From an uncultured cyanobacterium (GTDB lineage Bacteria > Cyanobacteriota > Cyanobacteriia > Cyanobacteriales > CAWUOF01), in the NCBI GenBank assembly GCA_963744145.1, contig CAVUSO010000001.1:5888001-5952000 (forward strand): 64,000 bases of DNA, read 5' to 3'. The position numbers and the translations under genes were made by a program. Below are positions 29,984-40,779 of this stretch, one piece after another (positions within the stretch are counted from its first letter, which is position 1; each line of letters opens with the position of its first letter). Below the pieces are notes generated by a model. The model saw only the letters and a list, made by a program, of their open reading frames with translations, ran no database searches and was not told the DNA's origin.

Positions 29984-32848
29984 ATGCCAACTAAGCAATC
30001 CCCTAAAGTAACTACATCAGAGCCAGCCTCAAAGCCAGTCAAACTAGAGCAACCAAAACTACAGCCCCCCAAACTACAACTTGGTCGCTCAATACCGCTA
30101 AGACTAATATTAATTGCCCCATTTATCATGCAAATATTTGCCGCTGTAGGATTGACAAGTTATTTATCTATTAGCAATGGGCAAAAAGCCGTCAATGACT
30201 TAGCTAAAGATTTGCGACAAGACGTTAGTGCTAGAGTTGCACAACATATAACTTCCTATCTAGAAAAACCTTGGATGGTTAACCAACTTATAGCAGATGC
30301 AGTTGATCGAAAACAGTTGAATCTCGATCTAGAGAACATCTATCTACAAAATGATAAATTTTTCTTACAAACGATGCGAATGTTCAATGAAATAGGGGGT
30401 GTTTTTATTGGAACTCCTGAACATGGTTCTATTTTAGGAGGAAGACGTGATAATAAAAAAGAAATACTTATTGCAATTGATAACCAAAGTACAGGATTTA
30501 AAAGCTGCCGATTTCGAGTCAATGAGCAAGATCAACGGACTGCATTAGTTTATGCTGGCACTGATAAATTTGATGCTCGTACTCGCCCTTGGTACAAAAA
30601 GGCAGTTCAAGCTAAAAAGCCTGTCTGGTCAGATATTTATCCTGATTTTAATAATTTTCTCCCAATAATTACTGCTAGTTCTCCAATATTTGATCGCCAG
30701 AATAATTTATTGGCTGTAAGTTCAGCAAATTTAAATATTGAAAATATCATTACTTTTCTCAAAAATGTTCATATCAGTAAAAAAAGTGAGATTTTTATTA
30801 TTGAGCGGAATGCCAATATTGTAGCTAGTTCTACTGATGAAAAACCCTTCATAATTAATGACCCTAAGCAACCAATACTACGTTTATCTGCTACCTCCAG
30901 TAACAATCCTGCCACTCAAGCAGCTACTAAATTCTTGCAAAACTATTATCAGCACCTCTCGGCAATTAATGTTTCTACTCAACACGAGTTTTATTTGGAA
31001 GGAGAGCGCCAATTTCTTCAAGTTACTCCTTTTAAGGACCAGTATGGATTAGATTGGCTGATTGTAGTAGTAGTCCCTGAATCTGATTTCATGGAGCAAA
31101 TTAATGCCAATACTCGCACTACAATCTTTCTATGTATTTTGGCTTTAATCCTAGCCATAATTTCTGGGATTTATACATCCCATTGGATTTTACAACCAAT
31201 TAATCGTTTAAATCAAGCATCTCAAGAAATTACTAGGGGCAATCTTAACCAAGAAATTCAACCAGAAAGTATTAAAGAATTAAATCAACTAGGAGAAATT
31301 TTCAATGAAATGAGTAACCAACTCCAAGCGTCTTTCTGTGCCTTATCCCAAACTAATACTGAATTAGAAAAACGGGTAGAAGAACGTACTATAGAGTTGA
31401 AACAATCTAAGGAAGAAGCAGAATTTGCAAAACAAATAGCAGATAACGCTAATCAAGCTAAAAGTGAGTTTCTAGCTAATATGAGCCATGAATTAAGAAC
31501 ACCTCTAAATGGTATTTTAGGTTATGCCCAAATTCTGGGACGTTCTAAAGCTATTCCTGAGAAAGAAAAACATGGAGTTAATATTATTCACCAATGTGGT
31601 TCTCATCTACTTACTCTAATTAATGATGTTCTAGATATTGCCAAAATTGAAGCTCGTAAACTTGAACTAGTCCCCAGTGCCATTCATTTACCATCATTAG
31701 TGCAAGGTGTTGTCGAAATATCCCAAATCCGGGCTCAACAAAAAGGAATTGATTTTTATTACACACCAGATCCTAATTTACCTAGTGGGGTGATCGCTGA
31801 TGAGAAACGATTGAGACAGGTATTAATTAATCTTTTAGGTAATGCAATTAAATTTACTGATCAGGGTAGTGTGACTCTGCAAGTCAAGCGATTAAACTCA
31901 AATATTGAGCCAAATTCCTTTATTTACCTACGTTTTTCTGTGATCGATACGGGAGTTGGTATTAGTGAAGAAAATATTCAGAAACTATTCCAGGCATTTC
32001 AACAAGTAGGCGATCGCTCTCGTCAAGCTGAAGGAACCGGATTAGGATTAGCCATTAGTCAGCAAATTGTCCAGTTAATGGGAGGAGAGATTAAAGTTGA
32101 GAGTACCTTGGGAGTAGGGAGTAAATTCTTTTTTGAAATCGAATTACCACTGAAGGTCGAATGGGTACAACAACAACAAAGTCAGGCTGGAAATATTGTA
32201 GGGGCGTATGGCAATACGCCCGTACTTAATGGTGATCAAAAGCAAATATTAGTTATAGACGATCGCTGGGAAAACAGAGCGGTAATTACAAATCTGTTAG
32301 AACCTATTGGTTTTGTAGTTAGGGTCGCGGAAAACGGAAAAGAAGGTTTAGAGAAAATGAGAGAAAATCATCCAGATTTAATAATCACAGATTTAGCAAT
32401 GCCCGTCATGGATGGGTTTGAATTTCTTAAAGAATTACGGAATGATCCGAAATTAAAACATTTGAAAGTATTAGTTTCTTCAGCTTCAGTAGCGCAACTA
32501 GATCAACAAATGAGTCTAGATGCAGGTGCGGATGATTTTCTCGCTAAACCAGTTAATGCCCCAGATTTATTTAATCTCTTAGCCCATCATTTACAACTGA
32601 CTTGGAACTATGAAGAAGTAGAAGCGATCAACGAGCAAGAAATGATATTTCCCCCAGCAACGGAACTAGAGCAAATCTATCAAGGTACTAAACTTGGTGA
32701 TATGGATATGGTTATAAATGAAGCTAATCGGTTAGAACAGTTGAACCCACAATATAAACCTTTTGTTACTCGCTTAATTGATTTGGCTGATGAATTTGAT
32801 GATGCTGGTATTCTGAAATTTATTGAACCGATTCGGCGATCGCTATAA
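29984..32848 (+). CDS. Hybrid sensor histidine kinase (Cache-HAMP-HisKA-HATPase-REC)
   Basis: FDARTRPWY, FLANMSHELRTPLN, GTGLGL, ITDLAMP. Confidence 0.93.
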   Translation: MPTKQSPKVTTSEPASKPVKLEQPKLQPPKLQLGRSIPLRLILIAPFIMQIFAAVGLTSYLSISNGQKAVNDLAKDLRQDVSARVAQHITSYLEKPWMVNQLIADAVDRKQLNLDLENIYLQNDKFFLQTMRMFNEIGGVFIGTPEHGSILGGRRDNKKEILIAIDNQSTGFKSCRFRVNEQDQRTALVYAGTDKFDARTRPWYKKAVQAKKPVWSDIYPDFNNFLPIITASSPIFDRQNNLLAVSSANLNIENIITFLKNVHISKKSEIFIIERNANIVASSTDEKPFIINDPKQPILRLSATSSNNPATQAATKFLQNYYQHLSAINVSTQHEFYLEGERQFLQVTPFKDQYGLDWLIVVVVPESDFMEQINANTRTTIFLCILALILAIISGIYTSHWILQPINRLNQASQEITRGNLNQEIQPESIKELNQLGEIFNEMSNQLQASFCALSQTNTELEKRVEERTIELKQSKEEAEFAKQIADNANQAKSEFLANMSHELRTPLNGILGYAQILGRSKAIPEKEKHGVNIIHQCGSHLLTLINDVLDIAKIEARKLELVPSAIHLPSLVQGVVEISQIRAQQKGIDFYYTPDPNLPSGVIADEKRLRQVLINLLGNAIKFTDQGSVTLQVKRLNSNIEPNSFIYLRFSVIDTGVGISEENIQKLFQAFQQVGDRSRQAEGTGLGLAISQQIVQLMGGEIKVESTLGVGSKFFFEIELPLKVEWVQQQQSQAGNIVGAYGNTPVLNGDQKQILVIDDRWENRAVITNLLEPIGFVVRVAENGKEGLEKMRENHPDLIITDLAMPVMDGFEFLKELRNDPKLKHLKVLVSSASVAQLDQQMSLDAGADDFLAKPVNAPDLFNLLAHHLQLTWNYEEVEAINEQEMIFPPATELEQIYQGTKLGDMDMVINEANRLEQLNPQYKPFVTRLIDLADEFDDAGILKFIEPIRRSL
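32198..32225. repeat. REP-like palindrome inside the kinase coding frame
   Basis: GTAGGGGCGTATGGCAATACGCCCGTAC, translated as VGAYGNTPVL. Confidence 0.8.
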
Positions 32849-32995
32849 ACTTATACCATAATTTAACCAATTTTTAACCTATCAAGTAATCTAATCAGGT
32901 TAGGATAGAGCGAAAAAAATCAAAATCTAATTATTAAAATTAGCTGATTAAGCTAAAACTTATGTAAATCCGATCTGGATACAGTCATAATTGAT

Positions 32996-33020
32996 CATTG
33001 TCAATTGTCAATTGTCAATT
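32996..33020. repeat. Heptamer tandem repeat (CAATTGT)n
   Basis: CATTGT-CAATTGT-CAATTGT-CAATT just upstream of the second kinase. Confidence 0.6.
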
Positions 33021-33034
33021 ATTATACTTTGCTT

Positions 33035-36000
33035 ATGAATACTTCACATAACCAGACTGACCACCCCCAAAAAAAAGTCCGAAAAATTACTCTAAGTCTA
33101 ATTTTAGTCATTCCATTTCTCTTGGAAATATTTGCTGCTGTTGGATTGACTGGCTGGTTATCATTACTCAACGGTCAAAAAACCGTCAAAGATTTAGCCA
33201 GTCAACTACGAAGTGAAGTTAGCAATCGCATTGAACAGCATCTAGAAAGTTTCTTGGCTTTTCCTGAAATCGTCAATAAAACCTTTATTGATGCGATCGA
33301 ATTTGGTTGGTTAGATGTGGAAAATCCTCGGAGCATGGAACGCTATTTTTGGAAACAACTGCATCTATTTCCAACTGTTAGTGATATGGTGTTTGGTAAT
33401 GAAAAAAGGAAATCTTTTGGTTTTGAAAGATTAGAAGATGGAATATTTAATATTAATATTGATGATGAGGATACCGATTATAGTTTTAATACTTATGATA
33501 CAGATAAAGAAGGCCACTTAACTACAAAATTATTGAAAACAACTCCCAACTATGATCCTCGGATTCGTCCTTGGTATACTCCCGCAGTTCGTAATGGTCG
33601 CTCGACCTGGGGGAACATCTTTAATTATTTTGGATATAGTAATAAAATAGCAGTTACCTATTCAACTCCAGTTTACGATAAAAATCACAAGCTGATTGGA
33701 GTTATTGGTACAAATATTCTTTTGTCAGATATCAGTAAATTTCTCAGAAACTTAAAGATTGGCAAAAACGGACAGACTTTCATTATGGAGCGTTCTGGTC
33801 TATTGGTAGCTAGTTCAGTTGTAGAAAATTTATCCTATTCCACCTCTGAGAAACTAGCCAAAAATAATCTCAGACTTGCAGCAAGGAAGAGCAGCAACAT
33901 CTTAACTCGCAGCACAGCAGAATATCTGAGCGATCGCTTTGGAGACCTTCAAAATATTCGCCAGAAGCAACAACTAGATTTTAGTCTTGCTGGTCAGCAA
34001 GAGTTTTTGCAAGTAGTCCCCTATCAAAATCATCTCGGTCTTGACTGGTTAATTGTGGTGGTTGTCCCTGAAGCTGACTTTATGGCAGAAATTGATGCCA
34101 ATACTCATACGACTATTCTCCTATGTTTGTTAGCTCTCGCAGTAGCTGCACTTTTGGGAGTTTTTACTGCTCGTTTAATCACCAGATCGATTCTCGATTT
34201 AGGACGTGCTAGCATTGCCATTGCCAACGGTGATTTAGATCAACAAGTTGGTGTAAAAAGAATTCAAGAACTCGATCTGCTTGCCAATGCTTTTAACCGC
34301 ATGGCATCTCAACTGAAAACATCATTTAATGCTTTGCAAAATATTAACAACGAGCTTGAACAGCGAGTAGAAGAAAGGACTACTCAAATTCAACAACAAC
34401 AAACCTTTCTCCGGACAATTATTGATACCGATCCTAACATGATTTTTGTTAAAGATTGGAGCGGTAAATATATTCTTGCCAATCAAGCCCACGCTAAACT
34501 ATTAGGAACAACCGTTGAGGAATTAATCGGTAAAACTGATGCTGACTTCAATGCCAATTCCGCAGAAGTCGCCCAATACCTCGCCGCTGATCAACAAGTA
34601 ATGCAAACAGGAGTTCCCAAAATCTCAGAATACACATTTACCAGTAAAATTGGAGAAATATCTTATCTCCAATCCATTAAAATCTTGCTCCCATCGGAAA
34701 CTCCGCAAGTTTTAGGGGTATGTATAAATATTACCGAACGTAAACAATTTGAAGCCCAACTCCAACAAGCTAAGGTCGCAGCTGAAGTAGCTAACCAAGC
34801 CAAAAGTGAATTTCTTGCTAATATGAGTCATGAATTAAGAACACCCCTTAATGGCATTCTAGGTTATGCTCAAATCCTCCAAAGAGCAGATAATCTGAAC
34901 TCAAAACATCGCAAAGGTATCGATACTATTGAACAAGCAGGTTCTCATTTACTTAATTTAATTAATGACATCCTCGACCTGTCAAAAATCGAGGCTGGAA
35001 AAATGGAATTAATTTCCAAAGATTTCCATCTACCCTCCTTCCTAAATGGGATTGCAGAAATTAACCGTATTAGGGCTGAAACCAAAGAAATTAACTTTTA
35101 TTATCTTCCAGACCCAGCACTACCAATGGGAGTAATAGCAGATGAAAAAAGATTGCGTCAAGTGTTAATCAACTTAGTAGGAAATGCGGTAAAATTTACT
35201 GATCGCGGTCATGTAACTTTAGAAATAAAAGTATTAAATCAACAAGAAAAAACTGTGATAATTCGCTTCAGCATTAGTGACACAGGGATTGGAATGACAC
35301 CAGAACAAATGGAAAAAATATTTCTACCCTTTGAGCAAGTAGGATCAGCATCTAAGCGGGCTGAAGGGACAGGATTAGGGCTAACAATTTGTACCAAAAT
35401 TATCGAAATGATGGATAGCAAAATCCAAGTTAAGAGTAATTTAGGCCAGGGTAGCACTTTTTGGTTTGATATAAAAGTACCGATTTCTGACGAATGGATT
35501 AGCGCCGCTAGTTATAGCAGTAGAGGTAAAATCATCGGACATAGTGGACAGGAAAGAAAACTATTAATAGTAGATGATAAAGAAGTAAATAGAGAGGTTT
35601 TAGTGGAAATATTAACCCCATTAGGATTTGCGATCGCCGAAGCAGAAAACGGGGCAGAAGGGTTAGCAAAAGCTTCATCTTTTGAACCAGACTTAATTAT
35701 TACTGATATTGCTATGCCTGTGATGGATGGCTATGAATTTGCCAGACAAATTCGCCAATCATATTCAGAAAAAATCCCCATGATTGCTTGTTCGGCGAGT
35801 GTTTCTTCCAGTGATCAAAGTTTGGCAATAGCAGCAGGTTGTAATAATTTTTTACCCAAACCAGTGGATTTAGAACAATTATTCATTACTTTACAAAAAT
35901 ATCTGGAATTAGAGTGGGTGTATCAGGAATCTGAAAATTTAACAGATCCCCAAAAATCGAGTCAGCAAGAATTTATCTTTCCCCCAGCAGCAGAACTTGA

Positions 36001-36178
36001 GCAAATCTATGAAGCTAGTAGAATTGGCGATATAGATATAGTGATAAATGAAGCTACTCGGTTAGAACAGTTAAACCCTAAATATAAATCTTTTGTTGCT
36101 CATCTAATCCAACTTGCTGATGAATTCAATGATGCTGGTATTATCAAAGTCCTTGAACCACTTATGCGATCGCGATGA
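33035..36178 (+). CDS. Hybrid sensor histidine kinase (Cache-HAMP-PAS-HisKA-HATPase-REC)
   Basis: YDPRIRPWY, IFVKD..GKY..AN PAS, SHELRTPLN, ITDIAMP; ATG at 33035 preferred over TTG at 33005. Confidence 0.93.
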   Translation: MNTSHNQTDHPQKKVRKITLSLILVIPFLLEIFAAVGLTGWLSLLNGQKTVKDLASQLRSEVSNRIEQHLESFLAFPEIVNKTFIDAIEFGWLDVENPRSMERYFWKQLHLFPTVSDMVFGNEKRKSFGFERLEDGIFNINIDDEDTDYSFNTYDTDKEGHLTTKLLKTTPNYDPRIRPWYTPAVRNGRSTWGNIFNYFGYSNKIAVTYSTPVYDKNHKLIGVIGTNILLSDISKFLRNLKIGKNGQTFIMERSGLLVASSVVENLSYSTSEKLAKNNLRLAARKSSNILTRSTAEYLSDRFGDLQNIRQKQQLDFSLAGQQEFLQVVPYQNHLGLDWLIVVVVPEADFMAEIDANTHTTILLCLLALAVAALLGVFTARLITRSILDLGRASIAIANGDLDQQVGVKRIQELDLLANAFNRMASQLKTSFNALQNINNELEQRVEERTTQIQQQQTFLRTIIDTDPNMIFVKDWSGKYILANQAHAKLLGTTVEELIGKTDADFNANSAEVAQYLAADQQVMQTGVPKISEYTFTSKIGEISYLQSIKILLPSETPQVLGVCINITERKQFEAQLQQAKVAAEVANQAKSEFLANMSHELRTPLNGILGYAQILQRADNLNSKHRKGIDTIEQAGSHLLNLINDILDLSKIEAGKMELISKDFHLPSFLNGIAEINRIRAETKEINFYYLPDPALPMGVIADEKRLRQVLINLVGNAVKFTDRGHVTLEIKVLNQQEKTVIIRFSISDTGIGMTPEQMEKIFLPFEQVGSASKRAEGTGLGLTICTKIIEMMDSKIQVKSNLGQGSTFWFDIKVPISDEWISAASYSSRGKIIGHSGQERKLLIVDDKEVNREVLVEILTPLGFAIAEAENGAEGLAKASSFEPDLIITDIAMPVMDGYEFARQIRQSYSEKIPMIACSASVSSSDQSLAIAAGCNNFLPKPVDLEQLFITLQKYLELEWVYQESENLTDPQKSSQQEFIFPPAAELEQIYEASRIGDIDIVINEATRLEQLNPKYKSFVAHLIQLADEFNDAGIIKVLEPLMRSR

Positions 36179-36344
36179 TTTAATCTGTAGAGAAAGTAAT
36201 TTTATCGGGAATCGGGGAAGCGATCGCTAGCGAGTATTGACAATAAAATTAATCTGACCAATAATAGAATTAAAACTAGCCTAAGTAGCAAGATTATGGG
36301 CGCATTCTACAGAAGCAGATAACTTGATTATATACTTGATATTA

Positions 36345-36422
36345 CAATCCAGTTCAGTTACCCAAACCATTGCTAGTAAAACATCCTAGGACTTAGTGGG
36401 AAAAGTCAGCTCAACTGTATTG
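36345..36422. mobile_element. Short degenerate MITE with CAATAC(A/G)GTTCAG-type ends
   Basis: CAATCCAGTTCAGTT ... AGCTCAACTGTATTG imperfect inverted ends resembling 58048 and 60175. Confidence 0.4.
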
Positions 36423-36454
36423 GCCCATAACCATCAAAATTTAATGAATCTGAT

Positions 36455-37630
36455 ATGATTGCAATTGGGTTAGCTCTGACAATTTTATCTTTAGTAATTT
36501 GGATCGTATTATTAGTTTTTTGGGGTCAATTTTGGCGCTCCGATCAATTTTTAGATGGAAAATTACCTCATCTAGAATTCTATCCTTCTGTTTGTGCTGT
36601 AGTTCCCGCTCGAAATGAAGCTGAATTATTACCAGTTACCTTGCGATCGCTTCTATTACAAAACTATCCTGGTGATTTTCATGTAATTTTAGTAGATGAT
36701 AATAGTACGGATGGGACAGCCGATTTTGCGCGAGGAGTTGCTTATGCTTTAGATAAATTTGACCAATTAGATATAATTTTTGGTGAGTCATTACCGACTG
36801 GATGGAGTGGTAAACTTTGGGCACTAGATCAGGGAATTAGTAAAGCTCAAACTCTCTCCCCACTACCAGATTATTTTCTCCTCACTGATGCAGATATTCA
36901 ACATGATCCCAGAAATTTACGTCAGTTAGTTACTAAAGCCGAGCAAGAAAGTTTAGATTTAGTTTCTTTAATGGTACTACTACGGTGTGAAAGTTTCTGG
37001 GAAAAACTCTTAATCCCAGCTTTTGTGTTTTTCTTTGCAAAACTTTATCCTTTTCGTTGGGTAAATGATCCGAAAAAATCCACTGCTGCGGCTGCGGGTG
37101 GTTGTATTTTAATTAAGAGAGAAGCTTTAAATCGTATTGGTGGAATTGAAGTAGTTAAAACTGCTTTAATTGATGATTGTGCTTTAGCTCAAGTAGTTAA
37201 GTCTCAAGGTAAAATTTGGCTAGGACTTAGTCAATTAACTCGGAGTTTACGTCCTTATCCATCCTTAACGACAATTTGGGATATGGTCGCAAGAACTGCT
37301 TTTACTCAATTAAATTATTCCCTTGGGCTTTTATTAGGTACTTTGGTGGGAATGAGTATTGTTTATTTAGCTAGTCCTGTCGGGTTAATAGTTGGTTTCA
37401 TCACTGGAAATTTGATCATGGCGATCGCGGGAATTATGGGATGGTTATTAATGTTTATTGCTTATTTACCAACCATCAGACTATATAAATGTTCTCCCTG
37501 GTTTGCGGTTTGTTTACCAGCGATCGCATTTCTCTATACCCTCATGACCATTGATTCAGCTTTACGTTATTGGCGCGGTCAAGGTGGAGCTTGGAAAGGC
37601 AGAGTTTATGCACCACCAAAAGCTAACTAA
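36455..37630 (+). CDS. hpnB: Hopene-associated glycosyltransferase (GT2)
   Basis: VPARNEA, GWSGKLWA, LTDADI, AAAAGGC, ALIDDCALA, MVARTAFTQL, GGAWKGR; shc nearby. Confidence 0.85.
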   Translation: MIAIGLALTILSLVIWIVLLVFWGQFWRSDQFLDGKLPHLEFYPSVCAVVPARNEAELLPVTLRSLLLQNYPGDFHVILVDDNSTDGTADFARGVAYALDKFDQLDIIFGESLPTGWSGKLWALDQGISKAQTLSPLPDYFLLTDADIQHDPRNLRQLVTKAEQESLDLVSLMVLLRCESFWEKLLIPAFVFFFAKLYPFRWVNDPKKSTAAAAGGCILIKREALNRIGGIEVVKTALIDDCALAQVVKSQGKIWLGLSQLTRSLRPYPSLTTIWDMVARTAFTQLNYSLGLLLGTLVGMSIVYLASPVGLIVGFITGNLIMAIAGIMGWLLMFIAYLPTIRLYKCSPWFAVCLPAIAFLYTLMTIDSALRYWRGQGGAWKGRVYAPPKAN

Positions 37631-40600
37631 TCTCTGACTACATTAGCATCGATCGGCTCAACCATATCAATCGTTTCAGGATGTATAATCTGTTCTTTTT
37701 TCTTTTTCTTTTGGGTTAATTTAGTCCGGAAAGCTTCCATATAAATATAAACCACGGGAGTAATATAAAGAGTCAGTAATTGGGAAAATAATAAACCTCC
37801 AACTACAGCTAAACCGAGAGGACGTCTTGCTTCTGCTCCAGCACCAAAACCTAAAGCGATCGGTAAAGCTCCCATCAGTGCAGCCATTGTGGTCATCATA
37901 ATCGGACGAAAACGTACTATGCAAGCTTCAAAAATTGCTGCTTGGGGATTCTTCCCTTCATTTTGTTGAGCATCTAGGGCAAAATCGATCATCATAATGC
38001 CGTTTTTCTTCACAATACCCACCAGCAAAATTAAACCGACAAAAGCATAAATATCTAATTCACAATGGAACATTAACAATGTTAATAAAGCACCACAACC
38101 AGCCGAAGGTAGACTAGAAAGAATCGTCAGAGGGTGAATAAAATCCTCATATAAAATTCCTAACACCAAATAAATGACTAAAATTGCCAATCCTAAGAGA
38201 AATCCTAAACCTTGTAAAGAAGCACCAAAAGCTTGAGCGCTACCTTGAAAATTGCTAGTAATAGTAGGTGGTAAGGTATTTCGAGCCAGGTCTTGAATCT
38301 TTTTCACCGCTTCACTTAAAGAAACTCCTGGTTTAAGGTTAAAGGAAATAGTGACAGCAGGTAATTGACCAGCATGAGTTACTGTTAAAGGTCCAACAGT
38401 TTGAGTTAATTTTGCTAAAGCTTCTAAAGGAATCTGTTGTCCACTACTCGATCGCACATAGAGCAATGATAAAGCTTCTGGATTTCCTTGATACTTAGGC
38501 TCTAATTCCATAATCACCTGATATTGGTTATTAGGTGTATAAATCGTGGAAATTTGCTCAGAAGCATAAGCACTGTTCAGAGCATTTTCAATTTGGCTAG
38601 CAGAAATTCCTAGAGCCGCAGCTTGATCGCGGTCAATATCAACTTTTACTTGCAGATTTTTAATTTGTAAATCACTGGTAACATCTTGCAATTCAGTTAA
38701 ACCTTTCATTTCACTTTCTAACTTTGTTGCTGCTGGATACAGATCGGCAGTATCTGGTCCTTGGAGAGTTAACTGATACAAACTTTTAGTTAGTTGTCCT
38801 CCTAAACGAATTGTTGGTGGATTTTGCAAGAAAATATTAATCCCTGGTACTTGAGCTAATTGAGGACGTAAATCTTGAATAATTTGATCTACATTTTGTT
38901 GACGTTCCGAACGGGGTTTTAATCTCATAAAGATCCGCCCCGCGTTAAAAGATGAGCTAGTTGCGCTTGCACCTACAGTTGAGGCATAAACTTCCACATT
39001 AGGATTCTTACTCACTATCTCTACTAATTTTTTCTGATGCACTACCATTTCATCAAACGAAATATCTTCAGGACCTTCGGTAGTACCAAATAATTGATTA
39101 GTATCTTCACTAGGAATAAATCCTTTGGGAGTAATACTAAATAGATATCCACTCAGGAAAATTAATAATATGGAAATAATTAAAGTAGTACGATGGAAAG
39201 ATAAAACATTTTTTAAGGTTGCTTGATAAGCATTTTGCATTCCATTAAAAAATGCTTCCGAAATCATATAAAGACGATTCTTTTGTTGTTCATGATGATC
39301 TGGAACCCGCAGAAAACGACTGCATAGCATTGGAGTTAAGGTTAAAGAAACAAATCCTGATACCAAAATCGAGGCGCTAATAGTGACAGCAAACTCATGG
39401 AATAATCTTCCTAAAATACCGCCTAAAAATAACATCGGGATAAATGCGGCAATCAAAGAAATCGTCATAGATAAAACAGTAAAGGCAATTTCCGCTGTAC
39501 CTTTAACTGCGGCAGAAAAAGATTTTTCTCCTGTTTCTATATAACGGACAATATTTTCTAAAACCACGATCGCGTCATCAACTACGAACCCCACGGAAAG
39601 AGTTAGTGCCATTAAAGACAGGTTATCTAAGGAATATCCCAATAGATACATTACTGAAAAAGTACCTAAGATGGAAATAGGCAGTGCTAGACTGGGAATA
39701 ATAGTAGCGGAAACATTACGCAGAAATAGAAAAATGACGAGAATAACTAATCCAATCGTTAATACCAGAGTAAATTGAACATCATTAACTGATTCCCGAA
39801 TTGTATCGGAGCGATCGAAGATCACTTCTAGATTTAGAGCTGGAGGTAATTGTTCACGAAAAGTTGGTAACAGTTTTTTAATTGCATCAGCTACTGCTAC
39901 TGTATTAGTGCCAGGTTGACGGAGAATCGCCAGAACAATTGATCTAGTTCCATTGAACCAACTAGCTAGTTTATTATTTTCAACATCATCGATCGCTTGA
40001 CCAATTTCTTCTAGTTTGACTGGCGCTCCATTGCGATAAGCAACTATACTTTGATTATAAGCAGCAGCATTAGTTAATTGACCGTTTGCTTGAATCGTAA
40101 AACTCCGTTTTTCTCCGGAAAGAGTACCTGTTGGTAAATTAACATTACTGTCACTAATGGCATTTTTAACTTCATCAATCCCAATTCCCTTAGTTGCCAT
40201 CGCTAAGGGATCTAGTTGAACTCGTACTGCATATTTTTGGGAACCATTAACCTGTACCTGAGCTACCCCATCAACCATTGAAAGTCTTTGAGCAACTAAA
40301 TTTTCCGCATATTCATCAACAACAGAAAGGGGTAAAGTCTCAGAAGTAAAAGCTAAATAAAGAATCGGCTGATCCGCAGGATTTACTTTTTGATAAGAAG
40401 GAGGACTAGGCAGATCAGGAGGTAACTGTTTTGCTGCTTTAGTAATAGCTGCTTGCACATCTTGAGCAGCGGCATCAAGTTCTCGACTTAGACTAAATTG
40501 TAATGTAATCGATGTATTTCCCAAAGAACTACTAGAGTTCATGGAATCTAAACCAGCAATAGTAGAAAATTGCTTTTCTAAAGGAGTTGCTACCGCAGAT

Positions 40601-40779
40601 GCCATGGTTTCTGGACTGGCTCCCGGTAGATTTGCTGAAACTTGAATAGTTGGAAAGTCTACATTAGGTAAATTACTGACAGGTAATAACCCATAAGTCA
40701 TTAAACCAAACAGCAAAATCCCCATCATAATCAAGGTAGTCATGACGGGACGGCGAATAAAAAGTTCCGATAACTTCAT
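37627..40779 (-). CDS. RND efflux permease (AcrB/MdtB-like)
   Basis: FIRRPV, VVDDAIVVLENI, GIVKKNGI, RFRPIMMTT. Confidence 0.95.
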   Translation of the reverse strand: MKLSELFIRRPVMTTLIMMGILLFGLMTYGLLPVSNLPNVDFPTIQVSANLPGASPETMASAVATPLEKQFSTIAGLDSMNSSSSLGNTSITLQFSLSRELDAAAQDVQAAITKAAKQLPPDLPSPPSYQKVNPADQPILYLAFTSETLPLSVVDEYAENLVAQRLSMVDGVAQVQVNGSQKYAVRVQLDPLAMATKGIGIDEVKNAISDSNVNLPTGTLSGEKRSFTIQANGQLTNAAAYNQSIVAYRNGAPVKLEEIGQAIDDVENNKLASWFNGTRSIVLAILRQPGTNTVAVADAIKKLLPTFREQLPPALNLEVIFDRSDTIRESVNDVQFTLVLTIGLVILVIFLFLRNVSATIIPSLALPISILGTFSVMYLLGYSLDNLSLMALTLSVGFVVDDAIVVLENIVRYIETGEKSFSAAVKGTAEIAFTVLSMTISLIAAFIPMLFLGGILGRLFHEFAVTISASILVSGFVSLTLTPMLCSRFLRVPDHHEQQKNRLYMISEAFFNGMQNAYQATLKNVLSFHRTTLIISILLIFLSGYLFSITPKGFIPSEDTNQLFGTTEGPEDISFDEMVVHQKKLVEIVSKNPNVEVYASTVGASATSSSFNAGRIFMRLKPRSERQQNVDQIIQDLRPQLAQVPGINIFLQNPPTIRLGGQLTKSLYQLTLQGPDTADLYPAATKLESEMKGLTELQDVTSDLQIKNLQVKVDIDRDQAAALGISASQIENALNSAYASEQISTIYTPNNQYQVIMELEPKYQGNPEALSLLYVRSSSGQQIPLEALAKLTQTVGPLTVTHAGQLPAVTISFNLKPGVSLSEAVKKIQDLARNTLPPTITSNFQGSAQAFGASLQGLGFLLGLAILVIYLVLGILYEDFIHPLTILSSLPSAGCGALLTLLMFHCELDIYAFVGLILLVGIVKKNGIMMIDFALDAQQNEGKNPQAAIFEACIVRFRPIMMTTMAALMGALPIALGFGAGAEARRPLGLAVVGGLLFSQLLTLYITPVVYIYMEAFRTKLTQKKKKKEQIIHPETIDMVEPIDANVVRD

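Noticed and set aside
37627..40779. RND permease as hopanoid transporter HpnN
   Set aside because: AcrB/MdtB-like with its own MFP and MarR, and convergent to hpnB; not MMPL-like
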